Part shown: in pieces, positions 28,114 to 36,169 of the stretch
How the letters are laid out: every line of letters starts with the position of its first letter
Position numbering within the stretch: the first letter of the stretch is position 1
Source of the DNA: Phycisphaerales bacterium
Lineage (GTDB): Bacteria > Planctomycetota > Phycisphaerae > Phycisphaerales > UBA5793
DNA length: 64,000 nt
NCBI GenBank assembly: GCA_020852515.1
Contig: JADZAS010000030.1
Location: 222,031 to 286,030 of the forward strand
Direction of reading: 5' to 3'
Notes under the pieces: model-generated
Database searches by the model: none
What the model was told of the DNA's origin: nothing
Seen by the model: the letters and a program-made list of their open reading frames with translations, nothing else
Position numbers and translations under genes: made by a program

Positions 28114-28207
28114 CCTGCGGCTCGTGACGGGCTCGAGTCCTCCCGGATGGCAACCTCGATCGTGCATGTGCCGCTTGACCTCGCCGCGGCGACGACGATC
28201 ATCGTGC

Positions 28208-28696
28208 ATGGCGAAGAAATCCAACGACAAACCGCGGTGCTGGCTCGTTAAGGCCGAGCCGGACTGCTACTCGATCGACGATCTCAAGCGCGACCGCAAG
28301 ACGTTCTGGGACGGCGTGCGCAATTACCAGGCCCGCAACTTCATGCGCGATGACATGCGCGTGGGCGACGGCGTGCTCTTCTACCACAGCGGCGCCGAGC
28401 CGCCCGGCGTCGTCGGCGTGGCCCGCGTATGCAAGGCGGGCTATCCCGATCACACCGCCCTGGACCCGAAGCAGCAGCACTACGACCCCAAGGCGAGCAC
28501 GGACAATCCCATCTGGATGATGGTCGATGTGGAATTCGTCGAGAAGTTTCCGCGCGTCGTGTCGCTCAAGGAAATGAAAGAACGCGCGGATCTCGAAGGC
28601 ATGTCTGTGTTGCAGCGCGGCCAGCGGTTGTCGGTCATGCCCATCGAGCCCAGGCAGTTCGAGATCGTCTGCGCCATGGGCCGCGGCGGGAAGTAG
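28208..28696 (+). CDS. EVE (PUA-like) domain protein
   Basis: MAKKSNDKPRCWLVKAEPDCYSIDDLKRDRKTFWDGVRNYQARNFMRDDMRVGDGVLFYHS...GQRLSVMPIEPRQFEIV matches the EVE/THYN1-like pattern. The listed ORF start 27998 is an extension. Confidence 0.8.
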   Translation: MAKKSNDKPRCWLVKAEPDCYSIDDLKRDRKTFWDGVRNYQARNFMRDDMRVGDGVLFYHSGAEPPGVVGVARVCKAGYPDHTALDPKQQHYDPKASTDNPIWMMVDVEFVEKFPRVVSLKEMKERADLEGMSVLQRGQRLSVMPIEPRQFEIVCAMGRGGK

Positions 28697-28720
28697 CCTT
28701 CGCGCACGCACGCCAGGCGC

Positions 28721-28836
28721 TCACCACAAAGGGCACAAAGGCACAAAGCGGGCACGAAGAAGAAAATACTCTTTCGCCGCCGCGCGCTACACACCCTTTA
28801 CTGCTTTGTGTCATGGTGTCTTGGTGACTTTGTGCT
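28721..28836. repeat. inverted cluster of CACAAAG/CTTTGTG heptamers at a convergent gene junction
   Basis: Left arm is tcacCACAAAGggCACAAAGgCACAAAGcgggCACGAAG (28721-28759). Right arm carries CTTTGTG at 28804-28810 and 28828-28834 plus GGTGTCTTGGTGA. The right arm encodes the last ~12 codons of the ada ORF. Confidence 0.5.
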
Positions 28837-29907
28837 GAATGTTGGAACCCCGGCGACGCTGGCTTCGTGGTTGAGCAGCCATTGTTTGCGCCAGACTTTG
28901 CCGCCGTAGCCGCCGAGGGCGCCGCCGGTGGCGATGATGCGGTGGCAGGGAATGACCAGCGCGATGCGGTTGTCGCCGTTGGCCCGGCCGACGGCGCGGT
29001 GAGCGCCGGACCGCCCCACTGCTTTGGCGAGCTGCGCGTAGGTGCGCGTCTCGCCCGGCGCGATGCGCCTCAGTTCGCTCCACACGCGCTGCTGAAACTC
29101 GCTGCCCGGCGCGACGATCGGCGTGCGGAACGCCAGCGACCTGCCGTCGAAGTACGCCTTGAGTTCTTCGCGAATCCGCGATAGGTGCGCATTGCTCCCA
29201 GGCACCACCGTTGCATTCATGCGGCGGCGCAGCGTCGTGATCTGCTTCTCGATGGCCCGGCGATCGACGAACTCGAGCAGGCACAGGCCATCATCGCACG
29301 CGATGGCGAGCATCGCGCCCAGCGGCGTGTCGATCCAGTCGGCCAGCAGGACGTTGATCTCGCGGCCGCGGCCGACGGGTTGCCCGAACACGCGCGCGAA
29401 CGCATCCCGAAAGCCGCTGAGCGATTCGTAACCCGTGGTCGCGCCGACGCGATCAGGCGACTTGCCGTTGCGGATCTCGCGCAGGGCCAGGCCGAGGCGG
29501 CGGGCGCGGGCGTAGGCGTGGAACGTCATGCCGTAGTGCTGCTTGAAGTAGGCGCGGGCGCGGGTGGGCATCACGCCCAGAGCGCGCAGGTCGCGGTCGG
29601 CAAGGCGCGTGGCGGGGTCGGCGTCCAGCCGCGCGTGAAGTTGCTCGACCCACTGCGGCGCCGCGCGGCCGTGTTCGAGCGGCCGGCAGCGCTTACACGG
29701 CCGATAGCCCGCGTGCAGCGCATCGGAAGCGCGCTGGAAGAACTCCACGTTTTCGCGCCGCGGCTTGCGCGCGCTGCAGGTGGGCCGGCAGAAGACGCCG
29801 GTGGTCCTGACGCCGACGAAGAAGACGCCTTCGCTGCGCGAGTCGCGCTGCACGAGGGCGCTGTACATGGCCGATTCGCTGGGGAGCAGTTGGTTGATCA
29901 TGGCCAT
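28798..29907 (-). CDS. ada: bifunctional Ada-type regulator / O6-methylguanine-DNA methyltransferase
   Basis: N-terminal Zn-Cys region VFCRPTCSARKPRRENV, an AraC-type HTH middle region, and the C-terminal active site VIPCHRII. Confidence 0.88.
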   Translation of the reverse strand: MAMINQLLPSESAMYSALVQRDSRSEGVFFVGVRTTGVFCRPTCSARKPRRENVEFFQRASDALHAGYRPCKRCRPLEHGRAAPQWVEQLHARLDADPATRLADRDLRALGVMPTRARAYFKQHYGMTFHAYARARRLGLALREIRNGKSPDRVGATTGYESLSGFRDAFARVFGQPVGRGREINVLLADWIDTPLGAMLAIACDDGLCLLEFVDRRAIEKQITTLRRRMNATVVPGSNAHLSRIREELKAYFDGRSLAFRTPIVAPGSEFQQRVWSELRRIAPGETRTYAQLAKAVGRSGAHRAVGRANGDNRIALVIPCHRIIATGGALGGYGGKVWRKQWLLNHEASVAGVPTFSTKSPRHHDTKQ

Positions 29908-30046
29908 GTTTTAAGGGTAGCGAATGCCGGCCGCCACCGCGAAATGAGCGCGGAATTCGGATTCACGAAATGGCGGGATCAAATCGCCCCCGCCCCGGCC
30001 CTCCCCCACACAGCCGGGGAGGAAGTTGGCGTGCGCGCTGCGTTGA

Positions 30047-33000
30047 TCAGGGCTGCTCAATCATGATGCGGAACTGGCCGGGCCTGATCTCGTAGTCTTT
30101 CCTGCTGCCGTCGGGCCAGCGGACCTGAAACTGGAGCGAGTCGGTGGGCGGCAATCCCAGGCCGAAGTAGACCTGGGCCACGGACTGCGAGAGATAGCCC
30201 GAGCCTGCGGTGATCTCGGCGCTCTGGCTGCTGACGTTGCCGGTGCCGTAGAGACGGATGCGCGAGCCCACCGCCGCGGGATTGCCCGGCTTGCCCTTGA
30301 GCGTGATGACCAGCATTTCTCCCGCGACGCCAAGCGCCGCCGAGTTGTTGATAAAGGCGCGGATCGGGCCACCGTTCTGCGTGAGCGCTATGTCCGGCTG
30401 GCCGTCGTGATTGATGTCGCACACCGTCGCGGCGCGCCCGTCGCCGGGCACGAACAGCCCGCGGTCGTCGGTGGGGTTGGCCATGAAGTGGCACTCCCAT
30501 GCCCCCAGCAGAAACTGGCCGATGCCGCCGGTCCACCGGCCGGTCTCGGGCTCGCGATGACTGAAGTTCTGCACGAAATAAACGTCGGGCGTGCCGTCGC
30601 CGCCGAAGTCGGCCACGGCGGCGCCGTAGCCTGGCGACGCCTGCGCAATGCGCGTCAGCGTCTGGAAGGTGAACGCTGCAGCGCCATCGCCTGGCGTTCC
30701 GCCGTTGACGAGAACGCCGCTGGCGAGCGTATTGGCGGTCAGCACGTGCGCCTGTTCGAGCGAGTCGGGCGTGTAAATCTGCTCAAGCGTGGCGCCGGCA
30801 AAGTCGTGGTAGGTCGGCATGCGCTGCTTGACGAGCGGCATGGCTTCACTCGAACAACTCAGCCCGCGCACGGGCAGCAGGACGTGGTCGCTGCCGCTCT
30901 TGGCTTCGACGATGTCGTACTGGCCGTTGGCGTCGAAGTCGCTGTAGTAGATCATCGCCGGCTTGTCGGGCGCGGGGCTCTTGTACTTCGTGTTGAGGCC
31001 GGCGTTGAGGACGAGGTAGTCCATGTCGCCGTCGCCGTCGAAGTCGCCGGGCGTAACGGAGTTCCACCAGCCGGTGAGTTCGGCCAGGCCGGCTTCTTTC
31101 GTGCGCTCGACAAGTCGTCCGCCCGCGTTCTGCCAGTAGTGGATGGGGCCGTACTCGCAGGCGATGAGCAGATCGATAAAGCCGTCGTCGTTGGCGTCGG
31201 ACCACACGGCCGAGGTCACCATGCCCGAGTCGGCCAGGCCCGGCGCATCGGTCTGGGTCACGTCGGTGAATGTACCGCCGTCGTTGCGCAGCAGGCGGCT
31301 GGGCGGCGCGAGCGGATACTGATCGGGCACGGTGCGGCCGCCGACGAAAAGATCAACGTCGCCATCGCGATCATAATCTGCAGCGACGATGCACGAGGTG
31401 CTCGTGGCAACATCCGACAGGGCGCCGGCGGGCGCGTGCGTGAAGTGCCCGCTGCCGTTGTTGAGATAGAGCCGGTCGCGCAGCGCCGGATCGCCCTGCG
31501 GCCACTCCACGCTGCCGCTGGCGACGACGAGATCGAGGTCGTTATCCGAATCGACGTCGATCCACAGCACGGCCATGTCTTCGGATTCGCGGTCGTCCGC
31601 CCACGGCCCGTCGGGCGCTTTGGTGAAGTGGCTGTTGCCGTCATCGAGCAGGAGTTGCCCGACCTGCCCGGCCGGCGCGCCGATGAAGCAGTCGTCGTCG
31701 CCGTCACCGTCCGCATCACCCCATGCCATGCCCGGCCCGTTCTGCGAGAGCAGAGCCGGAAGCAGCGGCTGGGTTTCATATTCGTCGAACTCGCGCTCAG
31801 GCGCCGCGTCGGTGGTGAAGCCGGATGACGCATCCAGCGCGATGAACTGCGGAGGAGCGTTCGGCTCGCTGGCCACGCGAGCGGACTGCGCGGATTGCGT
31901 GATGGTGTACCAGCGGTCGGCTTCGAGCCGCTCGAAAGTCTGCTGCGAGCCGTCGGGCCAGATGACGGTCAGTTCGGCGACCATCGCGCGCTCGCCCAGG
32001 CCGAATTGCGCGACCGGCTCGGTGGCGGACTGGAAGCCGTGTGCCGGAAAGACCTGGCGCACCTGGTGGAGGTTCGGCCCGTTGAGCGCGATGCGGGCGC
32101 CGACGCCGAATCGGTTGTCGCGGGTGCAGCGCAGGCTGACGAGAAGGCGCCGACCGGTGTTCGAGTCGTTGCGGTAGATTCCCACGGGTTCATCGACGTT
32201 GCACACGACGAGATCGAGATCGCCATCGCGATCGAAGTCGGCCATGGCGGCGCCGTAACTGAGCGTCTCCTGATTGACGCCCCACTGATCGCCGGCGTCG
32301 GAGAAGTGGTAGTCGCCGTCGTTGCGCAATGCCGCGTTGGGCTCGCGGATTGGCGGAACCTGGCGGTACACGTTCCACTGCGCCTCCCAGCGCTGCACGG
32401 GGTCGCGCACGCCGATCCTGTCCATCTCGGCTTCGAGTGACTGAAGTTTGCGGGTGAGATCGGGATCGAAGGATTGGTTCGTCGTGCCGTTGGTGGCGAA
32501 GAAGTCGAGCAGCCCGTCGTTGTCGAGGTCGTTGAAGAGCACGGACCAGGTCCAGTCGGTGCTCGCCAGGCCGGCGAGGAAGCCGATTTCCATGAAGCGC
32601 GGCGAGCCGGTATTGAGATAGAGCATGTTGCGCATGTACTGGCGCGGCTCGGCGCTGAGCAGAAACCAGCGCGAATCGCCCATGTCACCCATCCACAATT
32701 TGGACATATAGTGCGTGCGGGCGCTCATGTCGGCGGCGAGGAAGTCCATGCGGCCGTCGTTGTTGATGTCGCCGAAGTCGGCGCCCATCGAGAACCACGG
32801 CGTGTACGGCACGGCCTGCTCGATGGCGTCGGCAAACGTGCCGTCGCCGTTATTGCGATACCAGCGGTCGGCATCCCAGAAGTCGTTGCCGACGTAGAGA
32901 TCGGGCAGGCTGTCGTTGTTGTAATCCCACCACGTGGCGCTCAGGCCGGGGTGGTTGCCGCTGATGCCCGCCATCTCGCCCACTTCGGTAAACGTGCCGT

Positions 33001-33787
33001 CGCCGTTGTTGTGATAGAGACGGTCGCGCTGGCCGGCCTTGATGACATAGCGCTCGTCGCGGCCGTTGATGCGGCGCATCTGCTCGACGAACATCTCCTC
33101 TTGGCCGGGTGCGAGCGTGGTGTGGCCGGCTGCATCGCGCTGCATGCGGGGCTGATCGGCGGCGGCGCCGGGATACATGCGGTTGGTCAACAGATAGATG
33201 TCCACGAAGCCGTCGTTGTCGTAGTCCGCCACGGCGGCCATGACCGAAGCGCCGCGGAAATCGAGCCCGGCCTTCTTAGCCGACTCGATGAACGTGCCAT
33301 TGCCCTGATTGACGTAGAGCAGGTTGGGGGCGTCGTAGTTGCACACATACAGATCGAGATCGCCGTCGTTGTCGATGTCGAGGAAGGTCGCACCCGTGCC
33401 CCATGCCGTGCCGAGATTGACGCCGGCCTGATCGGTGACGTCTTCGAAAACCATGTCGCCGACCTGGCGGTAGAGGCGGTCGCGGCCGATCTGGCTGGTG
33501 AGGTAGAGGTCGGGCCGGCCGTCGTCGTCGTAGTCGCCGATGCACACTCCACCGCCGGCGTAACTGTGCATGTAGAGGTGTTTGCGGGGGTTGTCCCAGT
33601 CGATGCGGTTCTCGAAGTCGATGCCGGTTTGCGCGGCGTCGAGCTGGGTGAACATCGTCGGCCCGGGCGCCGGCGCTGGCGGCTTGAGAGCTGTGGAAGT
33701 AATGCCCTCGCCCTGGCCCAGGGCGGCAGCAGTCAACGTGAAGACAATCAGCGCGCACGCGCCGCGGCGGGGGTGGGTGTGTTGCAT
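30047..33787 (-). CDS. secreted FG-GAP/VCBS + ASPIC/UnbV (CRTAC1-like) protein, two tandem modules
   Basis: Signal peptide MQHTHPRRGACALIVFTLTAAALGQG at ATG 33787. Many DxDxDGxxD FG-GAP repeats. Two ASPIC-like segments: GVGARIALNG...VIWPDGSQQTF and AVGSRIRLYG...VRWPDGSRKDY. Confidence 0.85.
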   Translation of the reverse strand: MQHTHPRRGACALIVFTLTAAALGQGEGITSTALKPPAPAPGPTMFTQLDAAQTGIDFENRIDWDNPRKHLYMHSYAGGGVCIGDYDDDGRPDLYLTSQIGRDRLYRQVGDMVFEDVTDQAGVNLGTAWGTGATFLDIDNDGDLDLYVCNYDAPNLLYVNQGNGTFIESAKKAGLDFRGASVMAAVADYDNDGFVDIYLLTNRMYPGAAADQPRMQRDAAGHTTLAPGQEEMFVEQMRRINGRDERYVIKAGQRDRLYHNNGDGTFTEVGEMAGISGNHPGLSATWWDYNNDSLPDLYVGNDFWDADRWYRNNGDGTFADAIEQAVPYTPWFSMGADFGDINNDGRMDFLAADMSARTHYMSKLWMGDMGDSRWFLLSAEPRQYMRNMLYLNTGSPRFMEIGFLAGLASTDWTWSVLFNDLDNDGLLDFFATNGTTNQSFDPDLTRKLQSLEAEMDRIGVRDPVQRWEAQWNVYRQVPPIREPNAALRNDGDYHFSDAGDQWGVNQETLSYGAAMADFDRDGDLDLVVCNVDEPVGIYRNDSNTGRRLLVSLRCTRDNRFGVGARIALNGPNLHQVRQVFPAHGFQSATEPVAQFGLGERAMVAELTVIWPDGSQQTFERLEADRWYTITQSAQSARVASEPNAPPQFIALDASSGFTTDAAPEREFDEYETQPLLPALLSQNGPGMAWGDADGDGDDDCFIGAPAGQVGQLLLDDGNSHFTKAPDGPWADDRESEDMAVLWIDVDSDNDLDLVVASGSVEWPQGDPALRDRLYLNNGSGHFTHAPAGALSDVATSTSCIVAADYDRDGDVDLFVGGRTVPDQYPLAPPSRLLRNDGGTFTDVTQTDAPGLADSGMVTSAVWSDANDDGFIDLLIACEYGPIHYWQNAGGRLVERTKEAGLAELTGWWNSVTPGDFDGDGDMDYLVLNAGLNTKYKSPAPDKPAMIYYSDFDANGQYDIVEAKSGSDHVLLPVRGLSCSSEAMPLVKQRMPTYHDFAGATLEQIYTPDSLEQAHVLTANTLASGVLVNGGTPGDGAAAFTFQTLTRIAQASPGYGAAVADFGGDGTPDVYFVQNFSHREPETGRWTGGIGQFLLGAWECHFMANPTDDRGLFVPGDGRAATVCDINHDGQPDIALTQNGGPIRAFINNSAALGVAGEMLVITLKGKPGNPAAVGSRIRLYGTGNVSSQSAEITAGSGYLSQSVAQVYFGLGLPPTDSLQFQVRWPDGSRKDYEIRPGQFRIMIEQP

Positions 33788-33843
33788 CGGTGAGGATATG
33801 CGCCGCTTCGACGACGGCGCACCGTCCGGCGACGCCGCCCGGA

Positions 33844-35250
33844 TCAATGCTCGACGCGGTGGCCGAGCATCGGGGCGATCTCGTTGACCATGCGGTCGCG
33901 GATCACTTCGTTGCGGGCCTCGAGATTCAGCCGCAGCACCGGCTCGGTGTTCGACTGGCGGACGTTGCACCACCAGCCTTCCTTGCGGAAGCAGTCGATC
34001 GTCAGGCCGTCAAGGTGGTCGATCTCGGCGACGTTTTTAAAGTGCTCTTCGAGGGCCTCGAGCGCGAGGTCTTTTTCCTCGTTCATGAAGTTGATCTCGC
34101 CGGACTGCGAGTAGCGGGCGATGGGCTTGATGAGCGTGCCCAGCGGCTTCCTGCTTTCCGCGAGCAGGCTGAGCACCTGGGCGAAGATGATGGCGCCGCT
34201 GTCGGCGTAGAAGTTGTCGCGGAAGTAGAAGTGGCCCGAGAGTTCGCCGCCGAACACGGCGTGCTTCTCCCGCAGGATCTTCTTCATGAACACGTGCCCG
34301 ACGCGCGACTGGATCGGCTTGCCCCCTGCGGCGCGGATCTCTTCCTCGACGGCGCGGCTGGAGCGGAGGTCGTAGACGATTCCCGCCCCAGGATGGCTCT
34401 TGAGAAAGTGCGTCGCCATGAGAGCGGTGAGGTGGTCGCAGCCGATGATCTCGGCCTTGTCATCGACGAAAATGCCGCGATCCGCGTCGCCGTCGAAGCA
34501 GATGCCGCAGTGCGCGCCGGTCTCGAGCACCTTCTGGCGCACGTCGGCGAGGTTCGAGGCAATGAGCGGGTTGGGATCGTGCGAGAACTTGCCCGTCGTA
34601 TTGCGGAAATGCAGTTCGATGATCTCCAGATTGGGCGCACCCTTGAAGACCTTCTTGAACATCGTGGCCGCCATGCCGTTGCTCGCATCGACGACGACCT
34701 TCATCGGTCGATCCTTGAGATCGAGGAATGAGAGCACGTGCTCGCGGTAGCCATCCCAGAAATCGCGCTCTTCAACCCGGCCGGCGGGTTCGGGACCGGG
34801 CGCGATCTTTTCGAAGTCCGCCATCGCGGCGTACTTGCTGATCTCGTCGAGGCCGGTCGTCTGGCCGATGGGCAGGGCCTGGCGGCCGCTGATCTTGAAG
34901 CCGTTGTACTCGATGGGATTGTGACTGGCGGTCACCATCACGCCGCCGGCGCAGTCGAGGTAGTTGATTGCAAAGTAGATGAACGGCGTATCGACCATGC
35001 CCACGTCGATGACGTGCGCGCCGTAGGTGCGGATGCCGTCCATGAGGGCCTTGGAGAGCGCGGGCGAACTCGGCCGCATGTCGCGCCCGACGATGATGTG
35101 CCGCATCATCGGGTCGGTGTCGCCCGAGGCGCTCGCCTGCTCGAGGAGGTAGCGGGCCGTGCCATAGCCGATCTTCCACGCAGTCTGCTCGTTGAGCGGG
35201 TTGGGGTAGACGGCACGAACGTCATAGGCCTTGAAGACTTTTCCGAGCAT
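33844..35250 (-). CDS. phosphomannomutase/phosphoglucomutase
   Basis: Active-site TASHNP, metal loop FDGDADR, and sugar loop GGELSGH. Start trimmed to MLGKVFKAYDVRA (ATG 35250). Confidence 0.9.
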   Translation of the reverse strand: MLGKVFKAYDVRAVYPNPLNEQTAWKIGYGTARYLLEQASASGDTDPMMRHIIVGRDMRPSSPALSKALMDGIRTYGAHVIDVGMVDTPFIYFAINYLDCAGGVMVTASHNPIEYNGFKISGRQALPIGQTTGLDEISKYAAMADFEKIAPGPEPAGRVEERDFWDGYREHVLSFLDLKDRPMKVVVDASNGMAATMFKKVFKGAPNLEIIELHFRNTTGKFSHDPNPLIASNLADVRQKVLETGAHCGICFDGDADRGIFVDDKAEIIGCDHLTALMATHFLKSHPGAGIVYDLRSSRAVEEEIRAAGGKPIQSRVGHVFMKKILREKHAVFGGELSGHFYFRDNFYADSGAIIFAQVLSLLAESRKPLGTLIKPIARYSQSGEINFMNEEKDLALEALEEHFKNVAEIDHLDGLTIDCFRKEGWWCNVRQSNTEPVLRLNLEARNEVIRDRMVNEIAPMLGHRVEH

Positions 35251-35373
35251 TCGGCTGGGCTCCCTCGGCGGACGGCAAAAAGGCGTAAGCAATGAAACCT
35301 CCATTATAGGAATGTGGATACGAACTGTCAGTGAGGGCCTGGCCCGAGATGGCCAAAATCGGCCTTGGCGCGC

Positions 35374-35775
35374 TCAAAACGGCCGATTTTCGTCCGACTC
35401 GAGTGCCGGCTGCGGCGCCAGCGATGAGTCGATCTCCAGGCGCACCCGGCGGAGAATCGCCTTGCGCCCCGCGAGGCGCAACTGCTGCTCCAGACCGGAC
35501 TTGAGCAGCCGCTCGGCCGCGTAGAGCGTCGCCGAGCCATCCACGTGGATCGTCAGCACCCCCCTGCTGAAAGCGCTCAGGCGCGATCGCTCAACGACCC
35601 CGGGCGGCATGATCGCCGTCCACCTTTCAATGAACTCGGCCAGCCGGTCGAACGGCTTGCGGTGCTCGCGCTCGAACTGCTGCGGCAGGAAATCGCCCAG
35701 CGCCTGAGCCCGGTCCGGCCGAATGGACCGCCCCTGACGAATGGCGTCGATGCGGCGCTGGAGGGGCGTGGACAT
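35374..35775 (-). CDS. DUF721/DciA-like protein
   Basis: RWTAIMPPGVVERSRLSAFSRGVLTIHVDGSATLYAAERLLKSGLEQQL...ILRRVRL fits the DUF721 pattern W..i....v...s.l..f..GvL.v.v.s. Start trimmed to MSTPLQ (ATG 35775). Confidence 0.5.
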   Translation of the reverse strand: MSTPLQRRIDAIRQGRSIRPDRAQALGDFLPQQFEREHRKPFDRLAEFIERWTAIMPPGVVERSRLSAFSRGVLTIHVDGSATLYAAERLLKSGLEQQLRLAGRKAILRRVRLEIDSSLAPQPALESDENRPF

Positions 35776-35852
35776 GGCGGATGGTAGGCGAGTACACCGT
35801 GCGGCCCGCGGAGGGCGCGGCCGCGGCGATACGGCGCGAAGGACAATGACCG

Positions 35853-35976
35853 GATGCAGCGCGAAGGACGCTGAGCGGCGAAGACCTGAACCGAGCACCA
35901 AGCGTCAGCACGGGTGTTGAGCGTGCGCCGCGCGGCCGCCGAGATGCAGCGCGAAGAACGCGGCTCGGCGAAGACC
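35853..35976. repeat. 34-nt imperfect direct repeat x2 (plus a partial third core) in a long intergenic region
   Basis: GATGCAGCGCGAAGGACGCTGAGCGGCGAAGACC (35853-35886) and GATGCAGCGCGAAGAACGCGGCTCGGCGAAGACC (35943-35976) match at 30/34 positions. The core GCGCGAAGGAC also occurs at 35834-35844. Confidence 0.55.
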
Positions 35977-36169
35977 CTTCCTTACGGTCGGGGCTCGGGT
36001 TATTGCAAGGCGAAGTTTGCTCACTTGATCGTCAAACTCGCATCGCCGGGCCGGCGCAGAGCCTTGTCCCGACCTACGGCCGCGCCGCCGAAAGGGCCAG
36101 GTCAACCAACACCGATCTCACGCCCGAGTCGGCGCAGGCGTGCGCGGGTGGGGCTACCATGCCGATCCC

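Noticed and set aside
28721-28836. CRISPR-like interpretation of the heptamer clusters and of the 34-nt repeats at 35853-35976
   Set aside because: The units are 7-11 nt, or there are only two copies. Spacing is irregular, there is no array of uniform repeat-spacer units, and no cas genes are in the window.
33788-33973. N-terminal extensions of listed ORFs (here the CRTAC1-like ORF overlapping the PMM gene; also 3788-3958 dnaK, 14130..15302, 17118-17324, 27998-28207, 40807-40902, 42044-42199, 44970-45101)
   Set aside because: Internal ATG/GTG codons give canonical signal peptides or conserved N-termini with SD-like sequences. The extensions overlap neighbouring genes or terminator hairpins and translate to Arg/Pro/Ala-rich junk.
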